Shown here piece after piece: positions 1 through 9,836 of a stretch of 38,304 nt of DNA. Source of the stretch: Synechococcus sp. Lineage in GTDB: Bacteria; Cyanobacteriota; Cyanobacteriia; Thermostichales; PCC-7336. The notes under the pieces were generated by a model, which was not told where the DNA came from, made no database searches, and was given only the letters and a program-made list of their open reading frames with translations. The position numbers and the translations under genes are program-made. The first letter of the stretch is position 1, and every line of letters begins with the position of its first letter. The stretch is taken from NCBI GenBank assembly GCA_051439425.1, contig JBFRWD010000124.1, forward strand, positions 1-38,304, read 5' to 3'.

Positions 1-1
1 C

Positions 2-2848
2 AGTATTACCAAGCAGTCGGGGGGGGATTTGGTTGGTATGGCCATCTTTAGTGAAGAAGATGGCTTGTACGATGACACCTTTATCAGTAACTACGCCGAT
101 CTATACATTCTTGATGAACTGACTCGCATCAACGGGGTGTCCCGAGTTCAGCCGTTCGGGGAGCGTCGCTATGCTATGCGCTTGTGGCTCGATCCGAAGC
201 GGATGGCGAGCCGAGGTCTCTCAGCCACAGATGTGACTGAAGCTTTAGAGGAGCAAAATATCCAGGTGGGGGCTGGACGAATTGGTCAACCTCCGGCCGA
301 AGACGGGCTGCAGTACCAACTACCGGTACAGACTGTTGGCCGCCTCAGAGATGCTTCTGAATTTAATGAATTAGTGATAGCCACCGGCAATGACGGCGCA
401 TTGATCAAGCTGTCAGATGTGGGTCGCGCCGAACTGGGCTCGGAAGATTACAACACCTTTGCTCGCTACAGTACGCGCGCTGCGGTGGGCTATCTGGTAC
501 AGCAATCTCCTGGAAGCAATGCGTTAGCAACAGCCCAAGCGGTGAAAGCCCGGATGGCTGAGCTGGCAGGGGGCTTTCCCCCCGGCATCTCCTACGAAAT
601 TCCTTACGACCCCACGCTGTTTGTCGTCGAATCTCGCGAAGAGGTGGTGCGTACGCTGCTGCAGGCGATCGCTCTTGTGGTGTTAGTTCTCTATGTCTTC
701 CTGCAGAACTGGAGAGCCACTCTCGTACCGGCAATTGTGATTCCCATTTCCCTAGTGGGCACCTTTGCCTTTGTTAAACTATTCAACTTCTCAATCAACA
801 GCCTCACCCTATTCGGCCTGACCTTGGCCACCGGTATGGTGGTCGATGACGCGATCGTTGTAGTGGAAGACATTGCTGCCAAAGTCCAAGAAAAAGGGAT
901 GCGGCCCCACCTCGCGGCGATCGAAGCCATGCGGGAGCTATCCAGTGCTGTTGTTGCCACATCTCTCGTTCTATTGGCGGTGTTCCTTCCCGTCGCCTTT
1001 TTTCCGGGTACCACAGGCCAGCTATACCGCCAGTTTGCATTAACGATCGCATTTTCAATCGTCATTTCCACGTTTAACGCCCTCAGTCTCACCCCTGCCC
1101 TGTCGGCCCTGCTACTGCGCCAGGGACAGCAACCGGGGGGCCGGCTGGGACGCATCTTTGAGCGACTCAATAACGGAATCGACCGCATGCGGCGAGGCTA
1201 TCGGGCGGGATTAAGTCGTCTGACTCGATCCCGCAGTCTTGTGATTGGTCTTTTTGTAGCATCGCTAGTTGTCACCTTCCTGTTTTACCAGCGAGTTCCG
1301 ACTGCTTTTCTGCCGGAGGAAGACCAAGGGTATGTCATCAGTGTCATGCAGGCTCCTGACGGAACGTCCCTGCAATACACCAGCGATGTCATCGAGCAAA
1401 TCGAAGATGAGCTCTTGCAATATTCCGAAGTTGCAGGAACGTTTTCTTTGGGGGGATTTAGCTTTACGGGGAATACGGCTAACCGTAGCTTGACCTTTGT
1501 GCCGTTCATTCCGTGGGGCGATCGGCCTAGTTCAGATCAAACGGCCCAATCGTTTTTGAATAAGGTCTTTGCTCCACTGTCTCAAATTCTGGAGGGCCAG
1601 GTATTCACTATCAATCCACCCGCCATTCAGGGATTGGGAAATGTGGGAGGGTTTGTCTTCCACCTACAGGATCGGGGCAATAACTCCATCGAAACCCTAG
1701 TCAACATCCGTAACCAACTGGTGGCGCGAGCTAACGAACAGCCTGAAATGGCAGGATCGGTGTTCAGCACTTACACTGCCAACTCTCCGCAACTATTGGT
1801 GGACATCGATCGCAATCGCGCCAAAGCTTTGCAAGTGGACATTGATGAAATCCTCAACACCCTGCAAATTTATTTGGGTTCCCAATACGTTAACGATTTC
1901 AATGCTTTTGGCCGCAGCTACCGCGTATACGTTCAAGCAGACAGTCAGTTTCGCTCTACGCCAGACGATCTGAACCAGCTCTACGTCCGCTCCGAACTGG
2001 GAGAAATGATACCGCTTGGCAATTTAGTGCGAACCGAGCGCGTCGTGGGCCCCCAAACCATCAATCACTACAACCTATTCCGCTCCATCGAAATCAACGG
2101 TATTGCCGCTCCTGGCTATAGCTCGGGTCAAGCACTAGATGCTATGGAGCGAGTGGCAGCAGAAGTATTGCCTAGCAGTATGGGCTTTGAGTGGTCGGGA
2201 ATTTCGTTAGAAGAGTTAGACTCTGGCGGGTTAGCCCCGATTATTTTCGGGCTGGGGATTCTGTTCGTGTTCCTGGTTCTGGCTGCCCAGTACGAGAACT
2301 TTGTCGATCCGTTCATTATCTTGCTGGCGGTTCCCTTAGCCATCCTAGGGGCGTTGGGAGCAATTACCTTGCGGGGCATTGCAAACGATGTCTACTGCCA
2401 GGTAGGCCTGGTGATGTTGATTGGTTTGGCTAGTAAAAACTCGATCCTGATTGTGGAGTTTGCCAACCAATTGCGCGAACAGGGGCTGAGTATTGTTCGG
2501 GCGGCGGTGGAAGCCTCGCAGCAACGCTTGCGACCGATTGTGATGACCGCGGTGTCAACGCTACTGGGTATCTTCCCTCTGACGATCGCCACAGGTGCTG
2601 GCTCGGCTAGTCGGCAATCTCTGGGTACCGCCGTGTTTGGAGGCATGATTTTCTCCACAGTGTTGAGCTTGTTCGTGGTGCCCATCCTCTACATTGCAGT
2701 CTCGATCCTCTACGATCGCCTGCTCGGTAAGAAGCCCGATGTATCCGGAATGGAAGGCGACGACTCAGGCCCGCCCCCGATGGATAGCGGTTTCTATACC
2801 GGAGATGGCCAAGGCTCGCTGGTCTTATCAGGGGAATCAGATGAGTAA
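2..2848 (+). CDS. RND efflux transporter permease (HAE1/AcrB family), 5' part outside window
   Basis: Frame is open from base 2. AcrB motifs present: YAMRLWLDP, GMVVDDAIVVVE, YVNDF, GLVMLIGLASKNSILIVEFA, RLRPIVMT. Confidence 0.95.
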   Translation, partial: SITKQSGGDLVGMAIFSEEDGLYDDTFISNYADLYILDELTRINGVSRVQPFGERRYAMRLWLDPKRMASRGLSATDVTEALEEQNIQVGAGRIGQPPAEDGLQYQLPVQTVGRLRDASEFNELVIATGNDGALIKLSDVGRAELGSEDYNTFARYSTRAAVGYLVQQSPGSNALATAQAVKARMAELAGGFPPGISYEIPYDPTLFVVESREEVVRTLLQAIALVVLVLYVFLQNWRATLVPAIVIPISLVGTFAFVKLFNFSINSLTLFGLTLATGMVVDDAIVVVEDIAAKVQEKGMRPHLAAIEAMRELSSAVVATSLVLLAVFLPVAFFPGTTGQLYRQFALTIAFSIVISTFNALSLTPALSALLLRQGQQPGGRLGRIFERLNNGIDRMRRGYRAGLSRLTRSRSLVIGLFVASLVVTFLFYQRVPTAFLPEEDQGYVISVMQAPDGTSLQYTSDVIEQIEDELLQYSEVAGTFSLGGFSFTGNTANRSLTFVPFIPWGDRPSSDQTAQSFLNKVFAPLSQILEGQVFTINPPAIQGLGNVGGFVFHLQDRGNNSIETLVNIRNQLVARANEQPEMAGSVFSTYTANSPQLLVDIDRNRAKALQVDIDEILNTLQIYLGSQYVNDFNAFGRSYRVYVQADSQFRSTPDDLNQLYVRSELGEMIPLGNLVRTERVVGPQTINHYNLFRSIEINGIAAPGYSSGQALDAMERVAAEVLPSSMGFEWSGISLEELDSGGLAPIIFGLGILFVFLVLAAQYENFVDPFIILLAVPLAILGALGAITLRGIANDVYCQVGLVMLIGLASKNSILIVEFANQLREQGLSIVRAAVEASQQRLRPIVMTAVSTLLGIFPLTIATGAGSASRQSLGTAVFGGMIFSTVLSLFVVPILYIAVSILYDRLLGKKPDVSGMEGDDSGPPPMDSGFYTGDGQGSLVLSGESDE

Positions 2849-3240
2849 CAACCCAGATGTGTGGGAAAGCAAGTGTTTGAAGCCACTGCTATCTACCCCG
2901 TTGATAGCGGGTTAAATGGCGAAATCCAGCAAGCTTGTATCCGTTGCTGTTTCAATCGGTCCATAGCTTTCCGAAATCAACGATGGAGAAGAATCTTCTC
3001 TCCACTTTTTCTAGCCAGCTAACGTTTTAAGCGACCCGCGATCGAGACATATAGCAATCCGCTGTAAGGTATAGAGCTTGTCTACTGCTGACCCCCTGGG
3101 TTTACAAAGAAAAAGCGTAAGCAAAACCTCCATAGCAGATTGAAGATCGCGATAAGAGCGGATTGCTATAAATATTCGTTCACTATAATGTGCGGGCAAG
3201 GAGATGTTCTCTCTTCAATTGAAGACCAGCCCGCGCATCT

Positions 3241-5004
3241 ATGCCTGCAACTATTTGGAATCGTTCGAGCAATAATCCGCTTGTTAAGCTAGTTAGCTTA
3301 TATCAGAGCCAGACGCTTCTTCTACTGTCATCTCTATTCTTTTTTATCCTCAGACAGAGCCCAGAATGGATTCGACCGCTGATCGTTGCCAACATTATCG
3401 ATAGCGTGTCCAGCCCCAGCGATCGCTCTGCCAATATTATCGTGATGAACGGCTCGATTTTTTGTTTGGCTGTCATCCTTCACGTTCCGGCTAATTACCT
3501 TCATGCTCGACTGAAAAGTCAGGCTATGAGAGGCATCGAATCCAATTTACGTGCGTCACTGGTGCATAAAATTCATAGATTATCGATTGGTTTTCTCGAA
3601 CGGCAGGGATCGGGTGGATTGCACCACAAGTTAATGAGCGATGTGGCCTCCATCCAACAGTTAGCCAATTATTTATTTCAACTGTTACCCGGAACGATAT
3701 TTACTTTTCTGACCGCTGTTTATATTACTTCATTTAAAGCTCCTATTTTTCTATTGTTATTTCTGTTTACCGTTCCCGTTGCAGCTCTATTAATATTTGG
3801 ATTTAGGCGTCCCATCCGCCGCCGGAATCAGGCCTTACGCAAAGAAATGGAAGGTCTATCTGGTTTTTTCATGGAGCTAATTTCCATGTTGCAGGTTACT
3901 CGGGCTCACGGAATAGAAGCAGCCGAGGAGCAGCGTTCGGATCGGAAGTTAGATGACGTTCGCAAAGCTGAAATTCATGTCGATACGGTCAATGCTCTTA
4001 CGAGTTCCTCGTCTTGGGTGTCGCTAAGACTGTTTGGGGCCGCCTGCCTGATCCTATCTTCCTGGTTTGCCCTTTCAGGTCGTTATAATTTCACTCCTGG
4101 TAGCATCATTTTATTAACGGGGTATTTCGGCACATTAACGTCATCAGTTTTGCAAATGCTGAATATTTTGCCGCAGCTCGGCAAAGGGTTCGAGGCTATT
4201 CGGTCGGTCAGTGAAATATTGGAGTCAGATGAATTTGAGCAAACCGAGCATTGGAATCCTGTCAAAAATATTTGCGGACAGTTTACCTTTCGCTCGGTTA
4301 GCTATGCATATCCAGATGAATCAAATGTCGCGATTCAAGATTTTTCATTGGATGTGAAGGCCGGAGAGACAATTGCTATCGTCGGGCCATCAGGAGCTGG
4401 AAAATCGACCTTGATTAAGCTAATCATTGGCTTTATCCGACCCTCTTCCGGACAGATTTTACTGGATGGAACAGATATTCATAGCCTTGACTTGAGAAGC
4501 TACCGCCGTAGTTTATCCGTTGTATCGCAAGAAACTGTCTTGTTAGACGGAAGCGTGGCAGACAACATTTGCTTTGGCCTAGACGAGCCTACGGAGGATA
4601 AGCTTCGACTGGCTGCTAAAGATGCCAATGCATTCGACTTCATATCGCAATGGGCCGATGGTTTTGACACCCACCTGGGGGAAAACGGGACCAAGCTCTC
4701 GGGAGGACAGCGGCAGCGAATCGCGATCGCCCGAGCCATGATTCGAGATCCCAAAATTCTGGTGCTGGACGAAGCGACTTCATCGCTAGACAGTGCCTCT
4801 GAGACTGCCATTCAACAAGCGTTAGAGACGATTGCGATCGATCGCACGACATTTATCATTGCCCACAGGCTGTCAACCATTCGCAATGCAGACAGAATTA
4901 TTGTGATGGATAAAGGCCGAATTGTAGAAGTCGGTAACCACACTCAATTGCTGAGCAATCAAGGCATTTACGCTCAACTGCACCATCTGCAGATGTCAAA
5001 ATAG
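3241..5004 (+). CDS. ABC exporter, fused permease + ATP-binding (MsbA/MdlB-like)
   Basis: N-terminal TM domain, Walker A GPSGAGKST, signature LSGGQRQR, Walker B ILVLDEATS and H-loop IAHRLS. Confidence 0.93.
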   Translation: MPATIWNRSSNNPLVKLVSLYQSQTLLLLSSLFFFILRQSPEWIRPLIVANIIDSVSSPSDRSANIIVMNGSIFCLAVILHVPANYLHARLKSQAMRGIESNLRASLVHKIHRLSIGFLERQGSGGLHHKLMSDVASIQQLANYLFQLLPGTIFTFLTAVYITSFKAPIFLLLFLFTVPVAALLIFGFRRPIRRRNQALRKEMEGLSGFFMELISMLQVTRAHGIEAAEEQRSDRKLDDVRKAEIHVDTVNALTSSSSWVSLRLFGAACLILSSWFALSGRYNFTPGSIILLTGYFGTLTSSVLQMLNILPQLGKGFEAIRSVSEILESDEFEQTEHWNPVKNICGQFTFRSVSYAYPDESNVAIQDFSLDVKAGETIAIVGPSGAGKSTLIKLIIGFIRPSSGQILLDGTDIHSLDLRSYRRSLSVVSQETVLLDGSVADNICFGLDEPTEDKLRLAAKDANAFDFISQWADGFDTHLGENGTKLSGGQRQRIAIARAMIRDPKILVLDEATSSLDSASETAIQQALETIAIDRTTFIIAHRLSTIRNADRIIVMDKGRIVEVGNHTQLLSNQGIYAQLHHLQMSK

Positions 5005-5090
5005 CCAGCCTTCACAGATCGGTTATTGTTCGTCGGACTACCACTCTGAAATGTCGTCTCTTTTTACCAGGCGGTCGGAGCTACAGCGTC

Positions 5091-5312
5091 CTAAAGAATA
5101 TCCATGGGGCCGTAAAAATACGGATCGGCGAACACCTCGATCGCGTCACTCTCGCCACTGGTCCCTTGAGGCATTGAATTCTTGAGCTGATGCATTTTGA
5201 TGCTCAAGCCGACATTCCACACCGCAGCACACAGAGCTGCAAGTACCAGCCACTCTAGGTTGGGTTGGGATAGTTTCAGCAGCGTCAGCGCGTCTCGTAG
5301 GCGATCTGGCAT
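5091..5312 (-). CDS. Small hypothetical membrane protein
   Basis: 73-aa ATG ORF filling an intergenic gap, with one hydrophobic segment (WLVLAALCAAVWNVGL). No recognised family. Confidence 0.45.
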   Translation of the reverse strand: MPDRLRDALTLLKLSQPNLEWLVLAALCAAVWNVGLSIKMHQLKNSMPQGTSGESDAIEVFADPYFYGPMDIL

Positions 5313-5563
5313 AACAAGTGATTACTGGGTTCAGCTCAGAGTACCCAGACTAGCATTCGAGAAATCGCTTACCTGTATTGCTTTTCGACGCTTTTGTGGC
5401 TCAAGTAAACCTCATCATTCAGTGAAATTACCGACAGATGCCGATCCAGCGATGTGCCGAGATAAAAGATTGCAATCTCAGTCAGGGTGAGTCTTTGCCC
5501 ATCGATCGGAGATAGTTCACGACGTGGAAATCTTGCCGAATGCGGACGGTCAGACCGCTGCCT

Positions 5564-7756
5564 TTATGGCTGGCTTGACCCTGCAGGATTGTTAGGATTG
5601 CTTTCAACTGGAATGGGTTCGGCTTCCGGTTGTTTTAATTGAGAGAGGTCGGGAAGTGGAGCTAGCTCTGGCTCGGGTTCCTCGCTGACCGATTCTTCGG
5701 TGAGTTCGGCGATTTCGCCTTCAGCTTCGCTCTCTTGTAGGGATGTGAGCTGCTCGATCGCCAATTGGGCCGCTTCGAAATTGGGGTCCAACTCGAGGAC
5801 GCGGTTGTAGCTAGCAATCGCCTCTTCAATCTTGTCTAACCCTGCTTGAATAGTGGCTAGCGTATGCCAGAAGGCCGCTTTTTCTTCGTTAATTTCCGCC
5901 GCTTGTAGGGCAAATTCTTCGGCTTCCTCATAGCGTTCTAGACGGCACAACACCCAGGCCCGGTTATTCAACGCAATCGCATCGGTAGGGTCGCATTCCA
6001 AAACTTTGGCATAGCTCTTTAAGGCCGCCTCTAAATCTCCTGCATCGCTGTAAATCGTCCCCAGTGCAAACCATCCCATCGGATCGCGGTCGTTCAGGGT
6101 CAAGATTTGCTTGGAGGTGGCGATCGCCTCTTTCCAGCTCTCTAGGCGGCGCAGAGACATGGCCTTTTGGTATAGGATCGTCGAGTCCTCAGGTTTCTCT
6201 TCCAGTAGGCGATCGAATCGCTTGGCAGCAGCCTTGTATTTGCCAATCTCTAACAAGGTTGAGGCTTGAGCGTAGCGAGCCGGGAAGCGATCGGGGTCGA
6301 TGCGTAACGACTCCTCATAATGCACCAACGCTTCGTCTTGTAAGCCAAGTTGCTGGAATGCATAGCCGCGAGCGTACCAAGTGCGGTAGCTGTCGGGATT
6401 AAATCGATAAGCACGATCGAAACAGGTGACTGCATCGCGGTAGCGCTTGAGTTTGAGAAGGAGCAGTCCGCGATTGTGCCATGCTTCCGCCGAGTACGGA
6501 TCGAGTTTGAGGGCCGTGTTGTAGGCGATTAGGGCTTTACGCGTGCGTCCCATTGACATCAGCGTGTTGCCCTGGGCAATCCACAATTGCCGATTTTTGG
6601 GCTGAATTTCCAGTGCTTTGGTAAAACACCCCAATGCATCCCGATTGCGTTCTAGCGATCGCAGCAAATATCCCCGTGCAATCCAGATGTCGAGGCGTTC
6701 CGGACTGTGTTCTAAAGCCGTTTCAAAACTCTTTAGGGCCAGATTCAGGCGTCCCAGCTGCATCAGACGTACGCCGCGATTGTGCCAAGCGGTACTCTGT
6801 TCCGGATCGCTTTCAATCACTTTGTCGTAATTGACTACGGCCGCTTTGTACTTGCGCATTTGCCCCAAAATCAGGGCCAGATTCATGCGCACGGCTTCGT
6901 CGTATGGGTTGATCGAGAGGGAACCGTTGTAGCTGTCGATCGCCTCGCGGTAGCGTCCCAGTTCAACTAATGCATCGCCGCGACGGCTCCAAGCAGAGGC
7001 AACGTTCGAGTCAATATTGAGGGCGCGATCGTAGGCAGCGATCGCTTTTTCGAAGTTGCCCTGTTCAAACAGTTCTTCCCCTTTTTCAAACTGAATATCG
7101 GCAGTATTCCACTGAAACAGTCGTTGAATAAACTGCAAGAAGGCCACCTGACGAGTTTGTTCGTCAGTTGACATCTCTGAGTTGCCCAGCACTTGAGCCA
7201 CTAACTGCTGAATGCCGCGAACAAACGCCCGAAATCCGCTAACCTCGTCATCAGTGCCAATGGTGGCTAGCTGTTGAGAGACTTGAGATTGCAGGCGAAA
7301 GCGCTGCAAGTCAGTCGGGGGCTCGAATCCTGGCTTAAAGCGAGCAATCAGTTGCTGGACTTGGAACTCGAACAGAATCGGGTCTTCTTCCGAACCGGAG
7401 AAATCAATCGCAGGCAAATCTCGTACGGGGCGGGGTAGCTCGCAGGGTTCGAAGATGATGGGCAGTAGGCGCTGATTTTGGCTGGCTGGAGCGTGGGGGA
7501 AACCGCAATACAGTTGATCGCTCGGCCACGCATCCGTCACAAAGTCATTCGATAGCACCAGGGCAACGGTGCGGCATTCATCGATGGCTCGCCGCAACTC
7601 TACCGAACGGTTGTCTTGGTTCTCCACCATCCAACGGTCAAACCAGACTTTAATCCCCTCGCGATCGAGCCGCTCGGCTAGCTGTCGGCTCCAACGGGAT
7701 TGAGCGCGGTTGTAGCGGAGAAAAATGTCGTACTTGTACTGAGGATCGGCAACCAT
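5564..7756 (-). CDS. TIR domain + tetratricopeptide repeat protein
   Basis: N-terminal TIR_2-like YDIFLRY..LAERL...GIKVWFDRW..VLSNDF..LLPII, then more than 10 TPR units (AWxxRG...A..xYD/xAL.LDP) and an acidic Pro-rich tail. Confidence 0.88.
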   Translation of the reverse strand: MVADPQYKYDIFLRYNRAQSRWSRQLAERLDREGIKVWFDRWMVENQDNRSVELRRAIDECRTVALVLSNDFVTDAWPSDQLYCGFPHAPASQNQRLLPIIFEPCELPRPVRDLPAIDFSGSEEDPILFEFQVQQLIARFKPGFEPPTDLQRFRLQSQVSQQLATIGTDDEVSGFRAFVRGIQQLVAQVLGNSEMSTDEQTRQVAFLQFIQRLFQWNTADIQFEKGEELFEQGNFEKAIAAYDRALNIDSNVASAWSRRGDALVELGRYREAIDSYNGSLSINPYDEAVRMNLALILGQMRKYKAAVVNYDKVIESDPEQSTAWHNRGVRLMQLGRLNLALKSFETALEHSPERLDIWIARGYLLRSLERNRDALGCFTKALEIQPKNRQLWIAQGNTLMSMGRTRKALIAYNTALKLDPYSAEAWHNRGLLLLKLKRYRDAVTCFDRAYRFNPDSYRTWYARGYAFQQLGLQDEALVHYEESLRIDPDRFPARYAQASTLLEIGKYKAAAKRFDRLLEEKPEDSTILYQKAMSLRRLESWKEAIATSKQILTLNDRDPMGWFALGTIYSDAGDLEAALKSYAKVLECDPTDAIALNNRAWVLCRLERYEEAEEFALQAAEINEEKAAFWHTLATIQAGLDKIEEAIASYNRVLELDPNFEAAQLAIEQLTSLQESEAEGEIAELTEESVSEEPEPELAPLPDLSQLKQPEAEPIPVESNPNNPAGSSQP

Positions 7757-8131
7757 CCAAACTTAACTCGCCCTCTAGTGTCAGTGACGTTGATGCTGAA
7801 ACGCTTACACGGTAAATGAAGTTAACCCAGTCTATCCGATTCCATTCTTGGCTCTATGGATTCGCATGGCTAGGGTGCTACGCCGATCCGCAAAATTCTC
7901 TCCATTGTCAGAGCTCGATATTCACTTGCTCAATATCCTAAATATCCTATTGGAAGGCGTTTGGAAGTTTGGCTGTAACGGCAGCTCGCCGGGTCGGTCT
8001 GACCTGACTCAGCGAAGACCACTTCTGAACTGCCATTCGAGGAGCGTGGGAACAGTATCGACAGCTCACTCCCCCAATTTCAGTTCCAGCCAATAAAATA
8101 AATTAGATTTACCTTTCGTAATATTCCCTGC

Positions 8132-9586
8132 ATGGCCTTTTCCTCCCTTGGATTGAATCGCATCCGCTGGTCTCCAGAACTGCTCGCCATTCTGTTGGTG
8201 TACTTCGTCCAAGGGGCATTGGGACTGTCACAGCTGGCCATCAGCTTTTATTTCAAAGATGTATTGGAAGTTGGCCCTGCAGAACTGGCTGCTTTTTTGG
8301 GCGTCTCATCTATTCCTTGGACGATCAAGCCTCTCTACGGCTGGATTTCAGACACCTATCCTATTGCAAAGTATCGCCGGCGCCCTTATCTGCTTCTATC
8401 CGGTGTAATGGGCTGTTTGTCGTGGCTGGCACTAGCCACAATCGCCACTTCCGTGTGGACGGCCACCGCTGCCATGGTGACCGGTTCTATGTCGATCGCG
8501 TTGGCGGATGTAATTGTTGACGCTTTGGTAGTAGAGCGCACTCGTTCGGAAGACCGAGCTGGAGCTGGAACCCTGCAATCTCTGTCTTGGGGAGCCACCG
8601 CGTTGGGGTCAATTCTGACCGCGTATTGGGGAGGTGCACTCCTGGATGTGGTTGGACCGCAGACCGTGTTTGGAATGACATCCCTGTTGCCACTGTTTGT
8701 GGCGGCAGCGGCGATCGCGATCGCGGAAGACCCGGTTTCGAGCAGTGCTCCTGAAACACCGACAGATAAAGACTCCGAAGCTGCACTCACCCCAAATGAA
8801 ACCACCAAAGGTTTAAAGCAAATTAAAGAAGTCTGGGCTGCCATTCGCACCCCCAGCATTCTGTTACCCACAGCATTTATCTGCCTATGGCAAGCTACCC
8901 CCAGTGCTGAATCGGCATTCTTCTACTTCGCCACCAACGACCTTGGCTTTGGCCCAGAATTCCTCGGTCGCGTGCGTCTGGCCACCAGCATCGCCGCACT
9001 ACTCGGTATCGGCATCTTTCAAAAATGGCTGCGGGATGTCCCTCTGCGCAAAATCTTGTTATGGATGACGTTTATTTCCTTCGGACTTGGCCTCACCAGC
9101 CTCATCCTCATTACTCACACCAACCGCGCCTGGGGCATTGCTGACGAATGGTTCAGCCTCGGTGACAGCGTCGTCCTAACCGTCTCCGGCGAAATCGCCT
9201 TCATGCCCATCTTGGTCTTAGCGGCCCGTCTCTGCCCCCCCGGCATCGAAGCCACCCTATTTGCCCTGCTAATGTCCTTGCTCAACCTCTCCGGCCTGCT
9301 CTCCCGCGAGCTAGGCGCACTGCTCATGCAAGGCCTAGGCGTCACCGAAACCAACTTCGCCGCCCTCGGCACCCTAGTCATCATCACCAATCTAACGACC
9401 CTACTCCCCCTCCCCCTAATCAACTGGCTACCCAACGACACAGCCAAAGGCCACCAAGACGACACCGTCATCCCCACCCTCACCGACCTCCAGCAACCCG
9501 AAATCATCCCCCAACAACAACCCACCCCCAACACATCTATATCTGACGAGCCCACCCCCATAAGCAAAAGCGACATAGCCGCATAA
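8132..9586 (+). CDS. Folate/biopterin (BT1/FBT family) MFS transporter
   Basis: Motifs VYFVQG, PWTIKPLYGWISD, YRRRPYL, DVIVDALVVE, WQATP and LAARLCPPGIEATLFALLMS. Confidence 0.93.
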   Translation: MAFSSLGLNRIRWSPELLAILLVYFVQGALGLSQLAISFYFKDVLEVGPAELAAFLGVSSIPWTIKPLYGWISDTYPIAKYRRRPYLLLSGVMGCLSWLALATIATSVWTATAAMVTGSMSIALADVIVDALVVERTRSEDRAGAGTLQSLSWGATALGSILTAYWGGALLDVVGPQTVFGMTSLLPLFVAAAAIAIAEDPVSSSAPETPTDKDSEAALTPNETTKGLKQIKEVWAAIRTPSILLPTAFICLWQATPSAESAFFYFATNDLGFGPEFLGRVRLATSIAALLGIGIFQKWLRDVPLRKILLWMTFISFGLGLTSLILITHTNRAWGIADEWFSLGDSVVLTVSGEIAFMPILVLAARLCPPGIEATLFALLMSLLNLSGLLSRELGALLMQGLGVTETNFAALGTLVIITNLTTLLPLPLINWLPNDTAKGHQDDTVIPTLTDLQQPEIIPQQQPTPNTSISDEPTPISKSDIAA

Positions 9587-9678
9587 GAACGATCTCGCCT
9601 CTCCTTCCCCAACCCTCACGACTCCACCACCACCCTCAACCGCTCCTCCTCAACAAACCCCATTCCCTTTTTGCTAGT

Positions 9679-9774
9679 AACCTCCCGAGCCCGCAGGTCC
9701 CCTCGGAGGGGTTGGAGGGGACGCGCCTCGTCCCCTGCTCGCGGGAGCGCGAGGGGGCGCGACCGCCCCTTCGC
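9679..9774. repeat. GC-rich multi-hairpin (REP/MITE-like) element between convergent genes
   Basis: Stems AGGGGACG/CGTCCCCT (9716-9736) and GCGAGGGGGCG/CGCCCCTTCGC (9749-9774), plus an imperfect stem at 9679-9713. No U-tract directly after the stems. Confidence 0.55.
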
Positions 9775-9836
9775 AACCTCTCAACGCAAGTCAAAAACCG
9801 TGCAATCAAACACTCTCAAACGCACAAAGAAGAGCG

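Noticed and set aside
405..2685. Antisense and alternate-frame ORFs within the RND gene (and similar ones throughout the window)
   Set aside because: They lie entirely within well-supported genes and are typical antisense artefacts.
7960..8131. THF riboswitch before the folate transporter
   Set aside because: A hairpin is possible (~7981-8035), but no THF riboswitch consensus is recognisable.
8711..8724. Overlapping double HIP1 (GCGATCGCGATCGC) and general HIP1 abundance
   Set aside because: A well-known cyanobacterial feature, used here only as a taxonomic clue.
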